The translations under genes were made by a program, and so were the position numbers. Positions 40,061 through 49,070 of a stretch of 64,000 nt of DNA are shown in pieces (the first letter of the stretch is position 1; the number at the start of each line of letters is the position of its first letter). This stretch comes from Theionarchaea archaeon (lineage in GTDB: Archaea; Methanobacteriota_B; Thermococci; Methanofastidiosales; SZ-28-30). The notes under the pieces were generated by a model. It did not search any database, had not been told where the DNA came from, and saw nothing but the letters and a program-made list of their open reading frames with translations. The stretch is taken from contig JACVGT010000018.1 of assembly GCA_018992685.1 (NCBI GenBank), forward strand, positions 256,001 to 320,000. The letters are read 5' to 3'.

Positions 40061-41689
40061 TCAGGTGAGCATTTTGATCTTGTTGTCAAATACTTCTTCA
40101 AAAAAGGCAAGTGGCATGGTTCCTTCGTACAACATAGTGTCATGGAAGAACTTGTCAGTAAATGATGAACCCATCTTGGCTTTCACTCGTCCTTTCAGGT
40201 CCTTCAAAAGGTTCTTTCCAAGGAGGTACGATAAGGGATACGTGGGTAACATTGAGTACCATGTGACTTCACCCTGCGCTGCTGGCCGTTCCATACCAAA
40301 GTCCATCAGAAAAGCTACTGCCTCATCAAATCCCATCTCACCACGTGACAGGCTCACATCAACAATGATGCGGACAGCCCTCCACAGGACATCCCTCGAC
40401 TGAATGAATTGGAGTTCTAGTGTGTCACAGAATCCCAGGTTCATCATCAATTCTTCACAATAGTGTGCCCAACCCTCAACCATTTCAGGACCGCTACATA
40501 CCATTTTTGCATCGAACCCTGAAATCAGGGCCCATCTTACTTTGTCAGGATGCGTGCAGCTGGAAAACAGCTGGACATGATGGCCAGGATATCCCTCATG
40601 GACACACCCATTAACTATGAATGGTTCATTATGCTCTCTCAGAAACGCTGGATCATCATGAGGGGTAACACGCAGATATCCCACGCGTTCATCTCCAACC
40701 ACAGGAGCCGGGAAACATGCTGCCAAAGGAAGGATGTGTCTCATATGGACAGGCATGACATCGACTTCGTATTGTTCGCCTTCAGGAAGGGTTAGAACGT
40801 CATTATCGACAATGAACTGTCTGCTCTTTTTCACGTACGTACGGTACAGTTCCAGGATATCCTCGAACGTGGGAGGATGTCCCTCTTTTATGAAATTCGT
40901 TACATATTCACTGGATTCTCCTGGAGCGATTCTTGATGCCAGTTCAGCCAGTCTGTTCTTCTCCTCGTGGTACCATTTCCAGCCGAGGGCTAGAATTTGA
41001 TCTCCTGTATAAGGCAGCTTCCGCAGTGATAATAGGGTATCATAGTCTTTCCTACTGATAACCCAGGATGCTCCTGATGGCGACAATCCTTTCAGGAAGG
41101 CACTGTGTTCTCCGATATGTTCTTCAACGGTACGTGCCCGTTCTTCTATCTCTTCAGCATCTCGTGAAGGAATTTCTTTTGAGGCTGCCTCGATAATATT
41201 CTGTAAGAGTAGGATGAGTCTTTCTGCTGACTTAACGGCCACATCCTGCCAGAAGGGGACGGGCGTAATGACACGCGTTCTGAATTCGGTTATGAACTGA
41301 GGAGATCTCTCTAACCTGGCCAGTATGGGGTAGAACCGGTCGGGGGTTCTCCTTGTGAACAGAGCAGTCAGGGCATCAGAGACCTGAAGGGCACAATCGG
41401 GATTTTTCTTGTAGTGCTGTAACACTTCATCTATGAAAAGAGATATCTTCAGTTGATGAATAGCCAATCTCCTGGTTATTCTGTCATCAAAGCTCATCTG
41501 AGACTCATTAAGATCCTCAAATTGATGTAAAAATTCTCTATCCTGTTCAATATGTTTCTCATAGTCAGTAAGTGTTCCAGAAGGCATTAGTGTATCGTAT
41601 TCAGTATATCCCAGGAGGGATGCTGAGAAGGGAAATCGCTCAAGGCGGGTCTTGAAAAAACCTTCCTCGATTTCTTTGAGATGATTCAT
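40061..41689 (-). CDS. DUF885 family protein (putative metallopeptidase)
   Basis: HEGYPGHHVQ, EGWAHYCE, WRAVRIIVD, YPLSYLLG. Confidence 0.88.
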   Translation of the reverse strand: MNHLKEIEEGFFKTRLERFPFSASLLGYTEYDTLMPSGTLTDYEKHIEQDREFLHQFEDLNESQMSFDDRITRRLAIHQLKISLFIDEVLQHYKKNPDCALQVSDALTALFTRRTPDRFYPILARLERSPQFITEFRTRVITPVPFWQDVAVKSAERLILLLQNIIEAASKEIPSRDAEEIEERARTVEEHIGEHSAFLKGLSPSGASWVISRKDYDTLLSLRKLPYTGDQILALGWKWYHEEKNRLAELASRIAPGESSEYVTNFIKEGHPPTFEDILELYRTYVKKSRQFIVDNDVLTLPEGEQYEVDVMPVHMRHILPLAACFPAPVVGDERVGYLRVTPHDDPAFLREHNEPFIVNGCVHEGYPGHHVQLFSSCTHPDKVRWALISGFDAKMVCSGPEMVEGWAHYCEELMMNLGFCDTLELQFIQSRDVLWRAVRIIVDVSLSRGEMGFDEAVAFLMDFGMERPAAQGEVTWYSMLPTYPLSYLLGKNLLKDLKGRVKAKMGSSFTDKFFHDTMLYEGTMPLAFFEEVFDNKIKMLT

Positions 41690-42188
41690 GCTTCTGTGTG
41701 CCTTGTTTCAACATTTAAAGGTACCTTTTGAGATTCATGTAATTCCAGTTGCAGGAGAATATCTCAAAGACACTCTTGAACCTTTACGTTTGATGAACGT
41801 TAAACCCAAAGTCTTTTTCAATCTGAACCTCGTATCAACCACGTGTACCCCTCTATTTTGACATCTCCATGCACGATCTAACGATATGAAAAGCACGGAA
41901 TGTGGCTATCCGATCGATGTAGCTTAAGAATATCGGTCATTCAAACGCTTTCGGGTGAGATACTGCAAGACCGAGCGAATATACTAATACAATCTAATGA
42001 AAGAGCTCGCTGAACGCGGTTTACTTCTAAATCAATGCAATGCATCTTTTTGGAGAAGGTTACAAAAATTCTCATCCCAAATTACTTATAATTTGCCACA
42101 AGAGAAAAGGATGACAATCCAGAAGCGAAATTGTCCCAAGAGATGAAGAGAACGTGAAATAGTGAGATCACATGAGCAGGTGAGTCAA

Positions 42189-43172
42189 ATGGGAATGAAG
42201 GAATATATCATAAAAAGGATACTATTGGTAATTCCCATTGTGATGGGAATCTCATTCATCGTTTTTGTGTTAATGTATTCTTTGCCGGGAGATCCCATCG
42301 ATGTCATTTATGGGATAACACGTGGAATGAGTCGTGAGCAGATACTTCATATCAAGGAAATCTACGGATTTGATAGACCATGGTATATCCAGTATTTGTG
42401 CTGGCTCAGGGAATTTGCATCAGGAAACCTCGGGTTCTCACTCTTATCGGGAAGACCTGCCTCTGAAGAAATCATGATGAGAATCCCCAATACTTTAGCA
42501 TATCAAGTGAGTGCTTTGATTCTTTCTATAGCTCTGGCTGTACCAGCAGGTGTTGTATCTGCGGTTAAGCAGTACTCGAAAATCGACAACGTTGTCATGA
42601 CAGGTGCTCTGCTGGGTGTTTCATTTCCCATATTCTTTTTGGGGTTGCTGCTGATCTTTCTGTTTGCCTTGGTACTGAAATGGTTTCCCAGTGGAGGGGC
42701 GCACTCGGTACAATACCTGGGAAAAGACGTTCCACAGACTTTCAGCTACTATCTCGACTACCTCAAACACATGACATTACCCACCCTTACACTAGCTGTT
42801 GCGACAACTGCATATACTGCACGACTGGTGAGGTCCTCAATGCTCAGCGTCTTACGGGAGGATTACATAATAACGGCACGCTCAAAAGGGCTGAAAGAAC
42901 GAATAGTAATCTATAAGCATGCATTGAAAAATGCAATGCTTCCGGTCATCACTGTCATTGGATTGAGGCTTGCATTTACCATTGCTGGAGCACCCATAAC
43001 TGAAACAGTGTTTTCCTGGCCTGGGCTCGGCAAGTATTTTGTCTACGCTATACAGCGCAGAGAGTACTTCATCGTTATTGGAGTGACTATTGTCTTGGCA
43101 ATTCTTATCATGGTGGCGAACATTCTAATTGACATCTCCTATAGATGGTTGGACCCGAGGGTAACGCTTTAG
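42189..43172 (+). CDS. Dipeptide/oligopeptide ABC transporter permease (DppB/OppB), orphan
   Basis: PGDP, G.D.P...QY..W, RSSML.VL.EDYIITARSKGL, HALKNA, ETVFSWPGLG, LDPR. Confidence 0.92.
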   Translation: MGMKEYIIKRILLVIPIVMGISFIVFVLMYSLPGDPIDVIYGITRGMSREQILHIKEIYGFDRPWYIQYLCWLREFASGNLGFSLLSGRPASEEIMMRIPNTLAYQVSALILSIALAVPAGVVSAVKQYSKIDNVVMTGALLGVSFPIFFLGLLLIFLFALVLKWFPSGGAHSVQYLGKDVPQTFSYYLDYLKHMTLPTLTLAVATTAYTARLVRSSMLSVLREDYIITARSKGLKERIVIYKHALKNAMLPVITVIGLRLAFTIAGAPITETVFSWPGLGKYFVYAIQRREYFIVIGVTIVLAILIMVANILIDISYRWLDPRVTL

Positions 43173-43214
43173 ATACAGATGCTGACTCCTCAAAATGTTG
43201 GTTTCATGAGGTGT

Positions 43215-44156
43215 TCACCTGTCTATATAGTCAATGGGGCAGTAGAAAATGCCATGTCCATCATGGTAATCACTGATAATTCCCTGTTCTTTCAAATAGG
43301 ACATTATTTTAAACATTCTAAATTCTTTTGCAGGGTCTTTTGGATATCTGACATCTGCCAATAGGTAGTTTCCTATTTTGAAGAAAAGCGTAGAAGTAGG
43401 GAGATGAGAAAACAGGCCTACGATGTATTTTTCGTAGTGCGTTTGAAAACACATGGTAATGCTGCTGTAAATATCATATCCTCGGGGATAATAGCATGAC
43501 AGTATGGTACAATAGTCTCTTAGAGTTTTTTTCCATTCCAAATATTTTCTCCAGCTTATCGGAAATCTCTTTCTCAGGTTGCTGAAATTCTTCCTCAAGT
43601 CTTCGTAGAAGTAATGATACAGAATCCAATCTTCTTCATCCCATTGAGGGGATTGGGGTGTCACATCTAGGCAGGATCTTTCGATAGTTCCTCTCTGCTT
43701 CAATAGGGTGTCGATTGAATGAAAGGATTTTTCCCATGTAGTATTTTTGATGATGGGCGTAAAGATTTGTCCCAGGAGCCCTTCTCCTACTGTTCGTATG
43801 TATCCGGGGAATTCTCTAAAATCTGTTGGTTCATCGTATAGTGCAAGAACGTTCCAATCCCCCTGATAGACGGATAGATACGTTAATCCGGGATAGTCTG
43901 AACATTCGTTGAAGATTCTGTATTTGTCTTCGAACAAGAGAAGTGCCCCTCTTTTTTCTGAACTAGGCTTCAGGCGCGGTTTTGAGGGTGTGATCACCCC
44001 TTCTTCTTCAGCCTTGTGTGCATAGTTACTCACTGAGGTTACTGGACGGTTAACGAGCTTTGCCACTCTCTTGTTGGAAATCCAGGGATCATCGTATCTC
44101 AACTGGTAGATCTGATGCTTCAGATTTTGTATTTCCTCTTCGGAGAGTCTCGTCAT
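43215..44156 (-). CDS. Hypothetical protein with N-terminal HTH (Lrp/AsnC-like duplicated architecture)
   Basis: DPWISNKRVAKLVNRPVTSVSNY HTH-like segment; second HTH-like region at DLRKNFSNLRKRFPISWR. Confidence 0.55.
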   Translation of the reverse strand: MTRLSEEEIQNLKHQIYQLRYDDPWISNKRVAKLVNRPVTSVSNYAHKAEEEGVITPSKPRLKPSSEKRGALLLFEDKYRIFNECSDYPGLTYLSVYQGDWNVLALYDEPTDFREFPGYIRTVGEGLLGQIFTPIIKNTTWEKSFHSIDTLLKQRGTIERSCLDVTPQSPQWDEEDWILYHYFYEDLRKNFSNLRKRFPISWRKYLEWKKTLRDYCTILSCYYPRGYDIYSSITMCFQTHYEKYIVGLFSHLPTSTLFFKIGNYLLADVRYPKDPAKEFRMFKIMSYLKEQGIISDYHDGHGIFYCPIDYIDR

Positions 44157-44445
44157 AATATCACCATGTAAGGTTGTGATGAGTTCCTAATCAAGTATTC
44201 TACAGCAAAAGGTAAAAAAGGGTTTGGTAAATCCCACTTGATGTGCCACACACTCTCATGCAATAGCGAATCTGGCTGATGTAGTTCCATCACTCTATTT
44301 CTTGAACTCTCATTCTGGTAAGATGTAATTCTCGAGCGACGTTAGAACTAAAGACTCATGAACTACAACCTGACTTTGAAGCAGGTCCATTTCTCACAGC
44401 AGGAGTACGTCTGATCACTAATACATCACGCTTCTCAAGCTGTGG

Positions 44446-44952
44446 TTAGCACTGCATAGACTCCGCAATCTTGATCATCTCAACCATTACTGCTTCTTTA
44501 CCGCCCGAAAGATCAGCAATGAGAGAGATGGCCACGTTATCACAGTCCCAGCGAAGACTGTATGGGCCGGGAATTGAAAACCAGCCTTTGATCCCGTTCA
44601 CAGTGACTACTGTTTCGCCCGGATAAGGGTGATGCTCCTGTTCATCATTGTGCCATTCCGATAAGGTGATCCTTCTTCCATTCGAATCTTCATATATCAA
44701 TGTTATCTTGTCTTTACTCACATGAGCGCCCAGAAATGTGAAATCAGCGGGCAGATATTCTGGTTCAATTATTTCAAATGGAATCCCTTCCTGGGCCCTT
44801 TCGACACTTATGAGTTCATCCCGCATGACCAGCGATGGAGACGGTGTGTAACATGGCGCCAGAGAAGACTCTGGCATTCTCTTCACCAGTAAAGAGATAC
44901 TCACGATCAGGAAAATGCTAATTAGTCCAACGAACATCCATTTTACTTTCAT
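44446..44952 (-). CDS. Membrane-anchored DUF4367-like protein (start uncertain)
   Basis: N-terminal TM; PEYLPADF..., V.VNG..G, L.W, EMIKIAESM. Confidence 0.7.
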   Translation of the reverse strand: MKVKWMFVGLISIFLIVSISLLVKRMPESSLAPCYTPSPSLVMRDELISVERAQEGIPFEIIEPEYLPADFTFLGAHVSKDKITLIYEDSNGRRITLSEWHNDEQEHHPYPGETVVTVNGIKGWFSIPGPYSLRWDCDNVAISLIADLSGGKEAVMVEMIKIAESMQC

Positions 44953-45015
44953 GTCATACATCTCATGTCTTGATAACTCTTTGCTGCCGGTGGCTTCCAC
45001 ATGCAAGAAGGCATG

Positions 45016-45598
45016 TCAGTAAGGCCAATAAACGACCACTGCTTGTCCTTCCACATCATATCGTTGACCTACACAGTCGTTAAAGCCAGAATAGAAATCC
45101 ACTCCACAGTAGTACCAGTCTGTTGACGTTGGAAAGTCGTCGTAATCTGATCGCAAGTGGAAAACTCCATCTGACGGTGGACACGTGGGAGTTGAACTGC
45201 ATTCAGCATTAAACATTATCGAAACGTATCTATCATTGGCATCATCCCAGGCGAGGTGTTCTTGGTGAATGTCCGCGTAAATGCTACAGGAGGGATTGGT
45301 TTGTGTACATCCCGTTTCAGCACAGTCGTTGTCAGGATTTAGTGCCCAGTACCATGTATAACTACCGGTCCACACGTAAAACCAGGCATAGTAAGTCCCC
45401 TTCACTTTCAGACGTTCCTTGAACTTCCGATATTCTGGATCCAGGTGCCCCCCCGCCTGGCTTCACTTTCAGAATCTCCATTCTGGGATCGAGAGGTTCT
45501 GGTACATATATTGGCTTCATTTCCATGATTCTATGAATATTTTCATGAATCAATGCCTCAGGAACTTCTGCACGGATGATCATTCTTATCGCCTCCAT
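45016..45598 (-). pseudogene. Cys/Trp/Tyr-rich hypothetical gene split by a frameshift at a G7 tract
   Basis: Track ORFs 45362-45598 and 45016-45405 join into one 193-aa frame if the C7 run at 45448-45454 loses one base. Confidence 0.55.
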
Positions 45599-45675
45599 TT
45601 CTCTTATATTTATACTATTTAGTTAATGAAATATATAAACTTTGCGGATAGGATCTGAAATGTGGAATTCTAAAG

Positions 45676-45934
45676 CGGAATGATCGAGATAAGATACAGT
45701 TTCAGGAATTCAAGCATAATTTGAGGAAGTCAGTCAATCCAATTGCAAAAAAAGTATCATATGGGGGTACACAAAGCGTATGAATGGCTGGAAAGACTCC
45801 ATGAGTGCTTTACAGTGTTCACAGAATATTTCCCTAATAGGCTTCCCATGTATGATTCTTTCCTCTTCATGTTTGAAACTGATTACGAGGATTTTTTGTT
45901 GACTGTTCAACCTTCTGGGAGAGGGTATCAGTAG
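45676..45934 (+). pseudogene. Fragment paralogous to the C-terminal half of 43215-44156
   Basis: HNLRKSVNPI.../YEWLERLHECFTVFTEYFP..L..YDSFLFMFETDYEDF aligns by eye with DLRKNF.../YLEWKKTLRDYCTILSCYYP.GY..YSS..MCFQTHYEKY; frameshift at A7 45747-45753. Confidence 0.6.
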
Positions 45935-45950
45935 ATGGCTCAAAAATTGT

Positions 45951-46069
45951 AATGGCACGGTGCCACTCATTGAGTAATTTCACATCAAAATGAGCCCAAA
46001 TTCCAAGAAAATACAGCCAAGTGAATGGCACTGTGCCAAAATATACACAAAATCAATGGCACTGTGCCA
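45951..46069. repeat. Three copies of the palindrome AATGGCACNGTGCCA
   Basis: TGGCAC-N-GTGCCA at 45953, 46026 and 46057. Confidence 0.85.
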
Positions 46070-46201
46070 ATCAAAATTCTTTAGATAACTGAATTCAAAA
46101 GTTTTAACAATTCAAATTATCGTGCGAGCTTTTGCAGGAGCAGAGTTACTGAAAGTGAGAATGAAAAGAGGAAAAGTTGTTAGGGATCAAAACAAGTTAA
46201 A

Positions 46202-46278
46202 TGGAGCCCCGAGCGGGATCCGAACCCGCGACCTCCCGCTTACCAAGCGGGCGCTATACCAGGCTAAGCCATCGGGGC
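46202..46278 (-). tRNA. tRNA-Thr(GGT), CCA encoded, no intron
   Basis: GCCCCGATGGCTTAGCCTGGTATAGCGCCCGCTT-GGT-AAGCGGGAGGTCGCGGGTTCGGATCCCGCTCGGGGCTCCA folds as a cloverleaf; TTTAAATA upstream. Confidence 0.97.
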
Positions 46279-46383
46279 GTATCTCCTTCTTCACCTAAAG
46301 ACTATTTAAACATTGTGTTCCGAAAGCAAGTATCGTATGGAGCTCACCTCAAGCAATAGGCATCAAACCCCAATCACCATTTC

Positions 46384-47655
46384 TCAATGGCCCATTCTCT
46401 CTCTGATCTCATCGATATACAACTGCAGTTTTCTGTACTGGAGTGGTTCCAGCGGTTTCGGATGAGCCAGATCATTTCTGATCTCGTTCATTTCTATTAA
46501 TCGTCCCTTTATCCATCCAATGCTGACAAAATATTGCTCAAATAAATCCCAATTGTTAAATCTCTGAGCCCGGTGTAAGATTATAGACAAGTAATTAGGA
46601 AAATCAGTGTAGTGCAGCAGCGAATAAACTGTTTTTTTCCTGATTCGAGCATCATGCTGACGTGCCTTTAACCGTTCTAGAGTATCAGGTGGAATGCGCT
46701 CCTCCCATTGTTCAGATCCTTTCTGCAGCACGTTTTCCAGAAATGCCCTGAATTCTTCCTCAAACTCGGCCAGAACAGTATAGGCCTGCGGGTTGCTGTG
46801 AATACCCTGCTGCACATTCTCAGCAAACTCCTCTAGAACCGGAGCCAAAACATATTCCCGTAAGAATCGCTTGTACGCCTTTCTATCCTCAACGGTAAAG
46901 TGAAGTGGATCTCTATAATACTTGATGATGCTTTTTTCCTTCATTTCTTCCAGGATCCCGGAAATATCTTCCAAGGATATACCGCATTCCCTCAACTTGC
47001 GGAAAAAGATCCTCTCCTCCCTGGGTTCATGCAGCAGCAGTACCCGAAATATGTTCAACTCCTTGGAAATACCTCCCAGATACTTATCAAAGGACAGAAT
47101 ACGTTCTTCATTCATGTAATACTTCTCAAAATAAACATACACGTCAGGTGGAGTGACCACCGCCCAGTTCACGGGACCTGAAGCTGTATATTGATGGACC
47201 TTCCTGGCAAATCCAGCGTCCATCAGGAGAGACTTTAAGACCACCACGAGGTCTTGGATCACAGGAAGCGGTGCCACCAGTCTAACCTCTGGATGAACTG
47301 AAGGAAGATGCCTCCCCTGTGATAGCAGGTGTCCCAGGTATTTCAGGACCACATATGAGCCTTCCACGTTGAGCTTCTTGCAGTGCTCAAAAATGTCCCC
47401 AGCCCTCTCATGCAGCAGGTCAGCTGCGATCTGCTCCCCCTTTGCCGTACATCTCAGTACCTGTACTTTCCCCCACGTGTCCTTCTCCAGCAAATCATAG
47501 CCGTGCAGTATGCCTGTTGGCCCTGAAACATCTGCAGCGAGGACGCCTTTTCCAGATACATTCTGTTTAACAAACACATCTACCAGGCAGTCAAGCACCT
47601 TATCAGTATCAAACCCGTACCTGTCGAGCGTCTTCCGCAGCGTTCTGAGGTTCAC
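46384..47655 (-). CDS. Protein with C-terminal Swt1-like HEPN domain
   Basis: Y..L..FE...R.F...L, LLHYTDF..Y..II...NW..F..YF, and RNDLAH (RxxxxH) motif. Confidence 0.75.
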   Translation of the reverse strand: MNLRTLRKTLDRYGFDTDKVLDCLVDVFVKQNVSGKGVLAADVSGPTGILHGYDLLEKDTWGKVQVLRCTAKGEQIAADLLHERAGDIFEHCKKLNVEGSYVVLKYLGHLLSQGRHLPSVHPEVRLVAPLPVIQDLVVVLKSLLMDAGFARKVHQYTASGPVNWAVVTPPDVYVYFEKYYMNEERILSFDKYLGGISKELNIFRVLLLHEPREERIFFRKLRECGISLEDISGILEEMKEKSIIKYYRDPLHFTVEDRKAYKRFLREYVLAPVLEEFAENVQQGIHSNPQAYTVLAEFEEEFRAFLENVLQKGSEQWEERIPPDTLERLKARQHDARIRKKTVYSLLHYTDFPNYLSIILHRAQRFNNWDLFEQYFVSIGWIKGRLIEMNEIRNDLAHPKPLEPLQYRKLQLYIDEIRERMGH

Positions 47656-47746
47656 GGACTGGAAACTGAATCACAGGTTATAAGGATTTCCCTGTACGCC
47701 TCCCGATTACACCTTTACTTGTAAACTGCCTGCAAAACCTCTGCCA

Positions 47747-47764
47747 TGACAAATTTTTTTGTCA
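47747..47764. promoter_or_regulatory. Palindromic operator TGACAAA-N4-TTTGTCA
   Basis: Perfect inverted repeat just upstream of the promoter of the wHTH gene. Confidence 0.5.
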
Positions 47765-47821
47765 AAAAATCAGAGAAATTAGTCAAAAAAGCTTTTATTC
47801 TTCCATTTCGTACTGGATACC

Positions 47822-48370
47822 ATGAAAGATAGAGAGGACATCATGCTGAATTCCCTGAATCACCGTGTGAGAAGAGATATTCTTCGACTCATCAAAGGCA
47901 AAGGGAGTGCCACCTACACGCAAATCCTGGACAGAGTGGAATCACCCACAGGAAAGCTCAATTATCATCTCAAACAGCTGGCAGGGCTCATTGAAAAGAC
48001 AGCATCTGACGAATATGAACTGACACCACTCGGGGAGAAAGCAGTGGAAATCCTGGAGGCCATCCAGACAGACGGGCTGGATGAATACTTCAGCGAGGTC
48101 AGTGAGGCACAGACCCAGAGCATATCTCCTCTGATGAAGGGATTGTTCAGGGGAGGTATTGCAGTAGCTGTCTTCTTACTGGGATTCTGGACGTTCATGG
48201 GGTACCTCATGTATACCACAGGTGCACCGCTTGCAGTGTGGGTTATCCTGGTCATTCTGTATGCCCTGGGAGTTGCACTGCTCTTGTTCTTGGTTACCGT
48301 GTACAAGACTGCTCCTGAATACATTGAACGGGTAGAATCCCGTATATTCAGGGGAAACCATGAGAAATAG
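47822..48370 (+). CDS. Membrane-tethered winged-helix (ArsR-like) transcription regulator
   Basis: L.H.VRRDIL.LI...SATYTQI......TGKLNYHLKQL.GLI......Y.LT..GEKA, followed by 2 TM. Confidence 0.8.
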   Translation: MKDREDIMLNSLNHRVRRDILRLIKGKGSATYTQILDRVESPTGKLNYHLKQLAGLIEKTASDEYELTPLGEKAVEILEAIQTDGLDEYFSEVSEAQTQSISPLMKGLFRGGIAVAVFLLGFWTFMGYLMYTTGAPLAVWVILVILYALGVALLLFLVTVYKTAPEYIERVESRIFRGNHEK

Positions 48371-49070
48371 CTCTCTTTTCAATATGGTTGTAGTACTGGT
48401 AATGGTCACAGCAGCAGCTCCTGGGTTGACCTTCATCACGGTATTTGCACATGAAGGAGGACATGGACTCCTCATAGTTCCTGCCATCATACTCAATGGT
48501 CAGATACCTGATATACCAGCAGAAGAAAGTGAGCAGAACTGGAATCCTTTTCTAAATTTCCCGGCAGGAGTACTCTTGTTCCTCCTGAGTTTTCCTCTTG
48601 GGGTTGTGGCAAATGGGCTCATTTCGTGGCGTGCTTATGAGAATGCCCGCCCTTTCAGGATTCTGAGTCAATCTTTGCCCAGGACTCTTGTCATGGGTGT
48701 TTTCCTTTCTTTGTGCATCATGAACTTCAAGAGCGTGCTCAGCAATGTCTTTGGACAGGATTTTTCCTTCGTGTGGGAATTCCTTCACGTCCCCTATCAG
48801 GAGGATGTATTCAGATTCTTCCTCAAAGCAGGAGCATTTCTGGGGCTTCCAGCATACATGGTGATAAAAGAGAAGGCTAACAGTACGTTTGTGACAGCTG
48901 TATCTGCAGGCACGTTTTCTGGGTCATATCTAACTGGCAGACTGCTCTTTGAACCGTTGCAGGACGAGATGATGGCCCATTTCTGGTGGTTGTTTATTGC
49001 AGGGCTGCCCGTATTCGTGGTAACGGCTATCGTCCTGTGGATTCGGATCAGGACCCAGAGGTGTCCTTAA
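48360..49070 (+). CDS. Multi-TM protein with HExxH motif (M50/S2P-like?)
   Basis: ITVFAHEGGHGL within the first TM region; overlaps the regulator stop. Confidence 0.55.
   Translation: MRNSSLFNMVVVLVMVTAAAPGLTFITVFAHEGGHGLLIVPAIILNGQIPDIPAEESEQNWNPFLNFPAGVLLFLLSFPLGVVANGLISWRAYENARPFRILSQSLPRTLVMGVFLSLCIMNFKSVLSNVFGQDFSFVWEFLHVPYQEDVFRFFLKAGAFLGLPAYMVIKEKANSTFVTAVSAGTFSGSYLTGRLLFEPLQDEMMAHFWWLFIAGLPVFVVTAIVLWIRIRTQRCP

Noticed and set aside
45951-46069. Palindromic repeats as a mini-CRISPR
   Set aside because: Repeats are only 15 bp, spacing is irregular, and no cas genes are present.
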